A stretch of 64,000 nucleotides of DNA from positions 654,947-718,946 of the forward strand of contig JBNZDD010013635.1 of NCBI GenBank assembly GCA_050575255.1, given 5' to 3'. The translations under genes were made by a program, and so were the position numbers. The notes beneath the pieces are model-generated. The model worked only from the letters and a program-made list of their open reading frames with translations, made no database searches and was not told the DNA's origin. The stretch is from Harriotta raleighana. Lineage: Eukaryota. This document shows positions 34,236 to 45,860 of the stretch, piece after piece (position 1 is the first letter of the stretch; each line of letters opens with the position of its first letter).

Positions 34236-35805
34236 GCCTGGTCAATACAAACTTGCGGCCTCAACTACAAAGTGTTTTTGAAAATTAAAATCCAAAGTTA
34301 ACAATTATTTACTGTTCAAGTATATTCAGCAATGACAGATACTGAGCTTCTACTAATAGCTTTATCAGCTAAAACTGAATGCATGCATTCGCCTTAACTG
34401 TAAAAAAAAATGAATAAGAGCATGAACCATCTGCCTGATGCAAGCGTTTGCAGCTGGCTGCAAATCTCAGTATCCAGATGTAGACTTTTTTTTATTGCAA
34501 ACAAGCAGTGTATTTTAATAACACTGGAAAATCTGCATTGAAAGGTTTCCTGAGAATTAGTCATTCATTTGTTATTCTGAATAAGATTTAAGGCAAAACC
34601 GACCATTCACATTCATCTGGATGAAAGGATGAGTGAAGAGTAGTGGATCAATGCCATTCGAAATAAAGGATCTCATCTGCATCTGATTCAGTGAGGTTGA
34701 TGCCTTTTTCTCCATCAACTTAGCAATCATTTACAGATTCTGTGTTTCCACAGTGAAACCCCCTCAATTTAAATCTTGTAAAATGTTATCAAAGGAAAGC
34801 TTTCGTTTTTATTCAACGTCAATGTGGCAGCAACATAGTTAGGGAGGATTGGGGAACTGTTAAGATTTTATTTCTAAAAACAGGCTGACAAATGCTGATT
34901 AGAGTACGATTAGGTTTTCTCTTGATGAAACGAATGAAGGTAATGCAACCTAACCAGCCTTTTAATCAGTCTTACAAACCACATCAGCAAAAGGAAATGA
35001 GCAAACCTGACGTTATTCTGACACATCCCAGGCAGGCTGACAGAGTGATGCAGTGAAGAAGATCTTCTGATCTGTGCAAATACTGTCTGTAAAGGCCATC
35101 AAAAGGAGATGCTTTCCGATTTTTAAAAGAAAATGAAGCAATGCCCTTTAGAACCTCATGATCTGGAAACCCTGTACAGGCAGGAGTTCATCCAGGAAAC
35201 AGATGGGTAGAATCATTCAGGCTTTCCCAATTTTCCAAATCTCTCTGGGCATCCAATGCTGCAGCTAATTACCTCAGCTCATTGACCCCAAAACTCAGAA
35301 ATCTAAACCGTTTTACCTCAATGGACAAATTGGATTTAGCTCCTTAATGACTGACTAACCTGATTGACTGGAGATTTGGTTCACAAAGAAAACTCCTCGA
35401 AGGAAATGCTCACTTTTGCTTTTTCATGGTTTTTAAAAAAAACAACTCTTGTTGTGCTAAAATAACAATGTCAAAAATATAGTCAATAGTGAATTACAGG
35501 TATAATGATTAGCCTTTTCTGTTTATAGATTATGCTCAATAGTAGCAATAAAAATACAGAATCAAGTAATCTAAACCAGTATTATGGTTAGTAGCGACTC
35601 TAAAATGTCCTTAAGCGGAACCGTATAGAGAAAAGTCATCAAATTAATGAACTGAAAGGGAAATGTATTCCTTTGAATAAAGCAGCTTCCACACTTAGGA
35701 TGTATTGGACGCACTGACACTTTTGTCCTCAAACAATACCCTTCCACGTGTGTTTTATTTGGTTGGATTTTGCTGGTGAACGTGGAGTGAAAAATACTAT
35801 TGCAT

Positions 35806-36192
35806 GTTGGTAGCACTTTCGTCTCTGAGTGAAGATGGTTCTGGATTTAAGGGACTTTGAACTTACAAAGCCTATAGTCCCCTGCAGTGCAAGGGGAGCT
35901 GCTGCATTTTTGGTGATGCCGTCATTTGAATAAGAAGTAAACCTAAGGTCCTGTCTGCCCGATTCCAGGTAGACATTGAAGAGAATTTCTCTCAAGTGTC
36001 TTAGCCAACAATTCCTAAAATTGACCATTCACGACATGGCTGTTTGTGGGACAATACTGTGTGCAAATTGGCTGCTGCAGTTCACTACCAAATACACAGT
36101 TACTATACTTGACAGTAAATTCTGTGCAGCACTTTGAGATGTCCTCCCAACTTGAAAGGCAATATATCAAATGTGATGGTTTGTTTTATATT
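35806..36192 (+). mobile_element. Near full-length old DeuSINE (SacSINE1-like): tRNA head, Deu domain and L2-type tail
   Basis: GTTGGTAGCACTTTCGTCTCTGAGT head; GCTGCATTTTTGGTGATGCCGTCATTTGAATAAGAAGTAAACCTAAGGTCCTGTCTGCCC Deu core; GCTGTTTGTGGGAC...GTGCAAATTGGCTGC 3' part. Confidence 0.7.
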
Positions 36193-37798
36193 GTTACCAA
36201 ATGCGTTTGTGACCTGACATTACAAACACAAACTGTTTTCTGCTAGAAAAGCTGGAACCTTCCTGGTATGTTTGGCGAGGGATTAACTTAGTGAAAGATT
36301 TGGAGAAGCCTTATGACTGAAGCAGTATCCAAATTTATATGTTTTCATTCAAACTAATTTGGAATGAATCCTAAAATTGAGTTGCAGAAAGGAAAATCCA
36401 CTGGATAGTACTTCCAAATCACTAACATCCTTGATGAAACAATTTTCTAAACCAAGATTATCTTTAAAGTAAACTGATTTAAAGTTCACTTGAGTCAAAG
36501 TATTGTGCATTTAAGCAGTAAAAATCTGCTCAAAATTACCCCCCCCACTTTCCCATTCGCTTTGAATGTTTCTGCATCAGACCAGCTGTTCACTGTAGAA
36601 TTACATTAACAATTAAATGGATACAGTGGAATTCAAAGGAAAGGAATAGCATTTATTTTATGACCTTATGGATATGATGTTATTACTGAATGAATGCTTG
36701 GCTCTCATTTCAGATTAAGTTAATTTACTCTTTTCTAATACAATTGTACCTCAGAAATAAATGTCAGTTAATGTTTGCATCCATTAAATTAAGCGTTCTA
36801 TAGCTGGTACTGTGCCGAGGAAAGGGGGGAGCTATCTAAGCCATCAGTGCTTCTGTCTGCAGCTGAAACTTCTGGCACAATTCAAATAAACTTGATACAA
36901 TAGGTTCAAACAGTTGCAATCTGATAAAATACCAATTTTATTACCAAATCAAATTATGTCATCATATCGCATGAATATAATCTGTGTTTGAGCTTTATTC
37001 AATCAATTTAACCTTCCGTCGCTCTCCCCTCTCCCCCCACCTTCACCAGAGGTGAGGTCGTTGATCTCTTGTTGTTATCTTAACGAAAGTTAAACAATTA
37101 ATTCACGATTTCCTTGTTTTGGAAATAGATTTTTTTTTAAATGAGAAAAATATTGAAATCATAAGTGAATCAATGACTTTGTTGTACTGTACTCAATTGC
37201 ATTTTGTCCAATATTACCTGGAGCAATCTAACACTCTTGCAAACAGAATGTGGTTCTGAATTGTGCAGTTACAGTCTAGTTATTTATTTAAGGCAAAACA
37301 AAATTGATCAACTACCTTACAAATAGGACTTTCCCAATGACTGCTTTCTAAGTGTATTTGAATCAATTCACCAAAATGACTAATAAATTGCTCGCAGAAA
37401 TCAATGACCCTAATATGGTCTGTCGAATAGATATTACATTGTCACCTTTACTTGATTCAGTGCACACTAATAATGTGACTTTGTGTTCGATGCACTGCAC
37501 GCTTGCAGTTAACGTCACTTGGCACGCTTGCAGTTAACTGATGCCCTCTTCCATTGAGATGCCACTTACTTAAAAAAAAAGGCAATGACCCATTCATTGT
37601 GCGTTTTGCATCTTCCTGGAACCAGGAAATTGCAGTAGTGAAACCAAATTAAAATCAATTCTATGGCCAGAATCTTCCAACCCACATAAATTTGTCTTTT
37701 GTAGCAAATCATCACCGGCCAATATGCAAATTTTAGCCGCTGGGAGCAATAATGAACAGTTATTATTTTTGGTTTGGAATATTGGCTCATATGGTTCA

Positions 37799-37879
37799 AG
37801 GGCTGAAGTTGCTCAGTACAGAGCCCTTGGATGGTGCAACTCCAACTAGGGAAATAATGTACTGAGCAACTTCAGCCCT
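37799..37879. repeat. Perfect 22-bp inverted repeat with 37-nt spacer
   Basis: AGGGCTGAAGTTGCTCAGTACA (37799-37820) and TGTACTGAGCAACTTCAGCCCT (37858-37879). Confidence 0.95.
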
Positions 37880-38495
37880 CTGTTGGAAGTGGGTCTTGAG
37901 ACACAAGAAGATGCCTTTTCTGCAAGCAGGTCTTCAGAACATACCTTTGCCACAACCTTAAGAGAACTATTTGGATGGTTTGTTGTTGCCCTAAAGTACT
38001 GGCTACTTATTTCCACCAAGAATCCTGATGGGATGTGAGTGATTGATATTTGTCAAGGTTCACTTATGTGGGAGGTCTGGCACTTAGCTAAATAAACACA
38101 GAACCATGGGGACTGCAAACATGTGAGGCACCATGAATAATAAAACACTTAACCCACTGAGAATTGCAATCTACACACATTAGTTCTCTCATTGTTTAAA
38201 TGTTTGCAAAGCATAATCTGTTGAGTGCAGCTGGAACTAATTATTCCAGGGAGGAATTAGCCCAAAACTAAAAATACAAAGAAAATGTCTTATTACCTTG
38301 TAAACCTGGAATCAATTCAGATATTGAATTTAATGTATTTATAATTGGCCGTAGATTTCAATTTGAATACCAATCTGAGTTCACCATCTCTATTACTCAA
38401 CCAATTTCCTTACTTCCTACAGATCACATTCCCTTGGTTCCAACAATATTGGAACAATATTAGTCCTTACAATTTTGTTTAGGTGAGACTTTGTT

Positions 38496-38518
38496 ACACA
38501 CACACACACACACACACA
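38496..38518. repeat. (CA)n microsatellite
   Basis: About 11 AC units, read directly. Confidence 0.95.
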
Positions 38519-40247
38519 ATCATTTGTTATTCACAAACATGCAAGAAGAATGGCATGAGGAAAAATAAAAAAAATAGAGATTGGACAAATGAAATGAACA
38601 AGTTATTAAGAAAACCTGGTTTTCAAGCTGCCTAGTATTTCATACTGTGTTCCACTACAAAGTGCCATTTTATTGTGTTTCCAGGCTCTAACTTCTCCAG
38701 CTACACACCAGCTATTTACTGCTGTAAAAGTCATTCTTTCCAGAGACACCAATTGTCAGTGTTCTAAATTCATTGCCACACACAACACCCTGAGTCACTA
38801 ACTGAATTGTGAGAACTTTGCAGCAGCAAGAAGCGAGGAGTTTTAACTCGAGTTTTAACAAATTCCACCAATGAACCTGCCAACAAAAGCTAAGCAAAAA
38901 GTGTATACTGTAAATGGTCATTAAATACATCGAAGCCCTTTTCTCCCCCATTACCTTCTGTGAAAAGCATAAAACCGTCAATAAAACTCTCAAAATTGTG
39001 CATTGCACCTGCAAACGTTTACTGATTCGAATTAGTCATCAGAATCATTAATATTTATCTTGTATGACCTGATTAAAAACCTTGTAGTTTAAGGCAATTT
39101 TCATGGTACTGTAATTCGATCACTGATAATGAATACCAAGTCTCCAAAAAAATTCCTTAACGATGATTGTGAGTATGTTTCAAATTTGGATTGTTTGTCA
39201 AAACTTCCCCCAACAACCAGGGTAGTAATCTATTGCAGTCATTATCAATAGGCCTTTCCGGCTTCTTGGCCCCACAAAATGTAATTGCTGTGTTTGGAGT
39301 AACATCATGAGGTTAGTATGGGGATCCCTGCTGGCTTCTCTGTTATGGACAAAGTCTGGCATTAATTATGTGTAACCTTTCATATGACCGGTGCTTGTCT
39401 GAGCTCATTGATTGCGCTCATCAAACTCGCATCTAGCACATTTCAGTGTAAAGTAAGTTTTTCGCTATTTCCAGAGGACCAATTATGAGATGCAAAGATG
39501 TAAAGATGCTGGTTGAAGTCTGATTCTACAAAGAAAAATAATGCTCATTGGTCAATTAAAGGCTTTGAATTATCAGATCCTGGTGAATATTCTTACAGGA
39601 TTCTTCTCTAACAGATTTCTAAACTATATTTGACGTTACAGATGCCTTCAGACTTGCCCCCTGTCTGTTTTGCTTAACGGCAGGCAGCAGGATCATGTGA
39701 TCAACTATAAATATTTAAGACGCACCCAAGCAAATGTTTAATCTTTAGAATAATTATTTGGATGCTTCTCGGGTCTTGAAGTTAAACCCTCCTGACCATG
39801 TCCTTTTTCAAACTGAGGAAATCTGTAGCGCTGTACAGTATTTGGTCATTTATATAATGAGTACCTACAAGTGAATTACAAGGCAGTAATCCAATAAATA
39901 GATGACTTCATGAACATGAGAATAAAAATTGAGCGGATTGTGTTTGACTCTTGAATCCCAAGATTGAATTTCCATCTAACGCTTATTTACAGGTGTCTGG
40001 TAACATTTATACAGTGGATTGGACAGCTTGTTATTTTCAAATAGACAATGATCCAGTTGTTAGAATGGTTGCTTGACATGGGTTTCTGACGCATTCTGAA
40101 TTGTAAAGCAGCACTTTGTCATGTAGGACAAAGCTGAATTGATTTATGACATCTACAGTGTTGCCATTTCTCAGGCATTGATTACTTCTCTCCATATTCA
40201 CTATTACAAGGATACGTACTCAATGCAAATCCGTGTAACACAAACCT

Positions 40248-40360
40248 ATAATAAAAATAATAATAATCCATGCATTTAATAATAGCGCCTCATCACATCT
40301 TCGAGACATCTCAAAGCACTTCACAGAAAGATATTGAAAGGTGTATATTTTGGGTACAAC
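40248..40360 (-). mobile_element. SINE 3' fragment
   Basis: AATAATCCATGCATTT...GAGACATCTCAAAGCACTTCACAGAA. Confidence 0.8.
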
Positions 40361-40719
40361 ACTAAGGTTGTTGTGTAATGTCTGGCTAAGAGACGCAGAG
40401 AAAGCTGGTGATCTCACCAGTCAAGTTGAGCATTGACAGTTTTCAAGGCCTTTGGCATCCGAGTGCTAGCATCATTATTTTACACTTCTATATCTTTACA
40501 TAATGATTTGCTCTCACAGTTTGTACATCAGCCCAATCTTTTTTTCTTCCTCCCTTAAGTAATGGATGAACTGAGCAGAGTAAGAAAACAGGGCTGCAAG
40601 ATTACAGAAAAAGGATAGTATAGCTGAAATCGACTTGAAGGTATATACGATTACATGACAGATTCCATTTTAAGCAGCAATTTGTAGCCTTTCCAGTTGC
40701 TGTGGAGGGTATTTCACCA

Positions 40720-40759
40720 ATGCTCGTAAATTATGAGAGGTCTCATAACTTGCGAGCAT
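40720..40759. repeat. 40-bp imperfect palindrome
   Basis: ATGCTCGTAAATTATGAGA-GG-TCTCATAACTTGCGAGCAT, with 17 of 19 positions Watson-Crick. Confidence 0.85.
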
Positions 40760-42540
40760 GAGTCAGTAAAGCAATACAGGTACATGGAACCTGTCTTAAT
40801 CAAGAAGAATCTACTGATTCCAAAGAACTTGTGTGTCTTCCAAGGAGAGCTTCAAGTATATCTTGATACAAATTTAGAATGATTTACCCAGTAATTCAGT
40901 AACGTCTTATTATGATTCTACATTTTTTTTACAGGAACTTCTGGTACACTGACTGTACACATGCCCAAATTATCAGTTGAAAAAGGGTTAATTAGTTGAA
41001 CTTAGTTTTCTTTTATTCTATGAGACCCATTCAAGCGGAAAAATGTAGTGTTGTAGAACATGGTAATGGTGGTTTCAGTGAAATCAGGCGGAAGATAGTG
41101 TGTCTGGCTGGACATGTAATAATTGCTCTTTAATAAAACTATGGGCAGCCACTTTAACAATACAGACAACAGATGACCTGAAAAAGCACTAAGAACTCAC
41201 TGAAGAAGAACCCAGATACTGCAGAACAGATTACATAAATACTGTATACACAATCAGGGAATAATATGTTGGGCCGATAGAAAAGAATCTACCATAACCC
41301 CATGCTTCCCCCCAACCCCCCACTGTAGAAACGTATTAAATAATGTAGTTTCTCCTGTGCTATTTACCTGATGTCCCTGTAGACATCGAGTAAACCCCAC
41401 ATCAATGGATTTGGTTTGGCAATGTTACTTCGGAATTTTTATATTTCTCAACAGAAACAACTTGTACCAGATTGCTGTGAGGAAAAGGGCTGCAGAAGGA
41501 GAAAGGATTTCTGTGGGTGTAACTCAAACCTAGCTGCCAATTCATTTTATGTTTGTCGGGATTCAATTACCTGCTTTGCACTCATTCAGTCTCGAATGAT
41601 TATTTGTAATGTTTTGCTCCAAATCATACGGCCATTGTTCCATGCAAAATCGGATGTGGGCTTTGCATGAGATTTTAATCGAACAAATCAATGAAATGTA
41701 TGGGCTGGACAGAGTAGATAATAAGAGGCAATGTATGATTTCAGGTTGCCCTAAATGAATAACAGAGTCTTGAGCCACCATTTGGTTTGATTCTAAGAAT
41801 AAGTAAGAAACAAACAAGTACTTAACTGTAACATTCAGCAGGATCCCATCATTTATAAAATTGAGAAAATTGTACCTGTGTGTGTTTAAGTACACGATCA
41901 GAAGCCTAAAGGAAAGGCTACTCTTCTATCTGTGAGTCATAGGACATTGCAGCCACACAAAATGTACACAATTCTCCTTGTCATATGCCTCGACATGAAT
42001 GAGGCCATGAGGCCATTATATACCGACTTTACTTGATCACCCACCACTCTTATAACTACCCACAGCCTCAGCCCTACTCCATTGATTCCATTTTGCTGTT
42101 GCTACAGAGTTATTATGCTTGCTTCTGTGAATGTGTTCATGCACACGTCTATCTGTGGGTTCCTGCCAGTGAACTAGCACCACTCGTCAAGTGCGAGTAA
42201 CCATCTGCAGTTTAAAAAGGTCAGGGAGTGTCGTGGATGTGTAACCACGTTAGTGGTTTAGTATACAAAATGATTTTAATAGTGAGAGAGAGGGAGTTAG
42301 TTTTCTGCGTTTACTTTGTTGTAGAAACAGCTCAATTTTGGCAAATCTGAAAGGTTGTGGTTAGACTTCACTTCATTAAGAACATGAGAGACGGCTTGTA
42401 AAATCGACATCTTGCAGCTTTGGGTTGGACATAAATGGTCCATCATGCTAACAGCGGCAGAGAAACATGCCTGGGCTGATGTAGAGGATCCCACTGGTAA
42501 GACTGAATGGATTCAGAACAGTCAGGGATTGAAGCTGAAA

Positions 42541-42805
42541 TTTCGCCCACAAATATACAGTCAATTCTCCTACTCTCCTTCCCCCTATTCCGACCCCTCC
42601 CCCCCTGCTCTGGTCCCTAACTAACTGTTCAGCATCTTGAGACGTCCTCCCGATGTGAAAGGCACTATATAAATTTTTCCTACTCCTTTCCCTGAGCCCT
42701 CCCACCCCCCTACTTGGCTGTACAGCGCTTTGGGACGTCCTCCCGACGTGAAAGGCGCTATATAAATAAAATTTTGATTGATTGATTGATTTGTCGTTGT
42801 TGTTG
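42541..42805 (+). mobile_element. Composite: 27-bp SINE piece followed by two nested or tandem L2 3' ends
   Basis: TTTCGCCCACAAATATACAGTCAATTC, then two pyrimidine-rich units each ending GACGTCCTCCCGA(T/C)GTGAAAGGC(A/G)CTATATAAAT. Tails are (ATTG)n then (TTG)n. Confidence 0.8.
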
Positions 42806-43661
42806 AAATCATTCAATACAGAAAAAAAATCCAATAGAATAAAATGCAAAAAATAGAAAAATAATAAAACATGAAATACTGCAACTGTGTTACGTAAATT
42901 AGAATGTTTTCTAAGAAGAACAACTGCATTATTGTTATTATCTCAGTAAAGGACTTCTAAAATACCACTAACAGAGCTTGAGGGAACAACTAAACAATGA
43001 AAACCTCTACTGGCAGTGACTGGTTTGTTGCTACAGAGGTAACACTGTGATTAAACTATATTTTAAAATGACCTGCTTTAGCGAATGGCTTCTATTGTTA
43101 GATTATGCTCTGGTAACTTGCTAACCTTGTAGTCAGCCCACGAGGTTACAGCATTGTGCAGAACTCATTCTTGTTCTGGCTTTTCGGCTTTCGTAGCTTG
43201 GGGCTCAAAATGTACTCTGTAGAAATTTGATCCCATTGGTATTGGAGTTGAACGGTTTAGAGTGCTGCCTGCATGTGAATTGTGAAGGTGACATGGATCG
43301 TAACAATAAATGAGATTAGAACTCCAAAGGTACCTTCACACATTGATCGCCTCGAGGTATATTTTTTTCCCTCCATTTGCACTGTGATGTTGGAAGGTTG
43401 GAAGTCACATTTTACAGTGCAATAGATCATGGCAAAGGTATCCTTCTACCACTTGGCTGGGGGAATAGAGCAATGTGTGAGGAAAGTTGTGCATGGGGGG
43501 GCTTTAAGGAGTGTCGAAACACCTTCCTCTTGCCTTCTAAAACAAACAAATGAGATGGAGACTAGTGGGAATAAGACTGTAGCATTGTGTTGTGTCAAGG
43601 AAAAGGGTGAGCAGAGAGGTCAAGCTTTCCCCAATGGAACAAAGATAAAAGTCAGCAAATT

Positions 43662-43774
43662 GAAACATAGAATCATACAGCATGGAAGGAGGCCACTCTG
43701 CCCCATTATATCTGTGCCTGCTCTTTGAAAACAGCTATCCAAATCAATCCCACTCCTCCCCTCTCTCCCCATAG
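43662..43774 (-). mobile_element. CR1-type LINE/SINE 3' end
   Basis: GAAACATAGAATCATACAGCATGGAAGGAGGCCA... is the reverse complement of the TGGCCTCCT...ATTCTATG CR1 terminus. Confidence 0.7.
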
Positions 43775-43845
43775 ATGACCCTGAGATGTGCGCCTAAATA
43801 TAATGCAAGTGGCTGGATCAAGATTAAAATTTGTTGAAATCTAGA

Positions 43846-44068
43846 AAAATGCATATCAAATTCAATCTCCATTGGAGATTAATTCTTGGAGAGAGAGAAC
43901 CGAAGAGGATAGCTGAATATAGCACAGAACTGGATTTTAAAAATACAATAGATCTCNAAAATGCATATCAAATTCAATCTCCATTGGAGATTAATTCTTG
44001 GAGAGAGGGAACCGAAGAGGATAGCTGAATATAGCACAGAACTGGATTTTAAAAATACAATAGATCTC
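43846..44068. repeat. 111-bp tandem duplication around a single N (43957), with one SNP
   Basis: 43846-43956 = 43958-44068 except GAGAGAGAGAAC vs GAGAGAGGGAAC. Typical contig-overlap artefact. Confidence 0.95.
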
Positions 44069-44332
44069 AATACATAGATAATGTTAGTTATAAGAAAGCT
44101 TTGCTGCATTTCAAATCCCTAACAGGCCAGTTAATACTGTACATCAGATTTAAGCTGTGAGTCATATCTCTAGACAGTATATTGACAATTTCTATATTAA
44201 ATTTAAAAATATTCAAACAATTTTTTGAGCCTTCAAAATGGGAAGGGCCTTACTTTTCGCAGACGGATCAATTTCTGCTCGTCAGGTCCATATGAAGGAA
44301 GAGATCGTACCATACTCCAAGTGTTCATTTTA

Positions 44333-44728
44333 CATCTGAAAGCTCAGTGCCTTATGCCTTATTCGGATGAATATACGTTTGACTGCATCATGAACCTCTG
44401 GAAAAAGTAATGGCTACAGGCAGCTTTAGTCAAATTGAGTTGTTGAAATGTAATGTGGCAGGTGACCTCAATTTGTAGATGGGAAAAAACATTGCCTTGA
44501 CTGAACATGGGCACATGAGCTAAAAGTAATGTTTTGATCCCCTTTGCAGTGCACTTACTGCTGCACTGTTCCAAGACACTATCCTGTGTGAAGAGCGCTG
44601 TGTAAATGCAAGTTGTTGTCTTGTGCCTGACCATTGATGTTAAAGTTCCTGCATTTTAAAAGTTCATTATTCACTGAGCATGTCCGCTATAATGACTATT
44701 TTTTTGTGTGTGGCCGTATATATATGAT

Positions 44729-44761
<33 letters not shown>

Positions 44762-45586
44762 AAGTATGTTGCTTTACTGTTTGTACCACAGTCTTCTTTG
44801 TGAATGTGTCATTATCTTGGAGTGCACGTCAACCCAAGTGCATCTTGACTGCGTGTAATTAATTCTGCATTGATGCTATTTGTTTGGAAGGGTACTATAA
44901 CTGTAGTAGAGAGCCTGATATCCAGACAATGTGGGACCAACCCTCCCTCCTCTCTTCTGATCCCTGCTGTAGAAGGAGCAATCGTAATATTTCATCTTTC
45001 GGTATGTAATCTAATTGGTTGATTTGCAGCCTAACCTGAACTAAAAGTGTGAAGTTACCCAGACGTGCATGCTTGCTGATTATTCAGTGAGACTTGCTGT
45101 GGAGCGAGCACATGAGCTCGCTACCTATGCACTGGGTAATTCTTCTCATGGGACTTCTTATGAATATTTTGACTTTTCAGAGATTAACCACCAAATTGTT
45201 TCTGAAGACGCCAAAAGCTCCACTGACCCATTATTGCAGCCATGAGGAACACAGCATAGCAACCGTGTGCAATCACTTTTGGTAACCATGCTGTTCTCTA
45301 CAGCTATTACTATATTAAATCCACATAGGAAAGCAGAGTTTGAAAGAGAAATTCATAACCTTTTTTCAATGTGACTGAAACCACATGATATTGTGCCTCT
45401 ACCGGCTCTCTGAAAAGCCATCCAGTTACCCTGATCTTATCCCACTGCCCCGCAAATTTTTGCTTTTCATCTGAAAGCTCAGTGCCTTATGCCTTATTCG
45501 GATGAATATACGTTTGACTGCATCATGAACCTCTGGAAAAAGTAATGGCTACAGGCAGCTTTAGTCAAATTGAGTTGTTGAAATGT
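44333..45586. repeat. Identical 119-bp dispersed direct repeat (44333-44451 and 45468-45586)
   Basis: CATCTGAAAGCTCAGTGCC...GAGTTGTTGAAATGT occurs twice, with no gap at the junctions. Confidence 0.95.
44730..44761. repeat. Compound (TA)n(CA)n microsatellite
   Basis: Read directly. Confidence 0.95.
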
Positions 45587-45860
45587 GGGTGTAATGCGGC
45601 AGCCAATTGTGCACAGCAGTGTTTCACAAACTTGTGGATTGAGTGACCACTTTATTTTTTTAAGGGATTATTAATCCAGAAAAAGCAATCCGCAAATCTT
45701 CTAACAACTTTGTTCCTACTTACAGCTGGGCAAACAGAGATGTGTGGAGTAAGGAAACTTGCCTAACATTTTGCTCTTACTGCAAGTTCCACGAAACGTG
45801 GCAGACAATTGCGCACAGCAGCGTGGATTGAAATGACCAATTCTTATCATTGTTATTATC
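45585..45860 (-). mobile_element. Rearranged SINE fragments
   Basis: GCGGCAGCCAATTGTGCACAGCAGTG, GTGGAGTAAGGAAACTTGCC and a second GCAGACAATTGCGCACAGCAGC piece. Confidence 0.8.

Noticed and set aside
37498-37538. Short direct repeats (GCACGCTTGCAGTTAAC x2; also near 12949, 61902 and 299) as a CRISPR-like array
   Set aside because: Only two units each, with no regular spacers and a eukaryotic context. Ordinary slippage micro-duplications.
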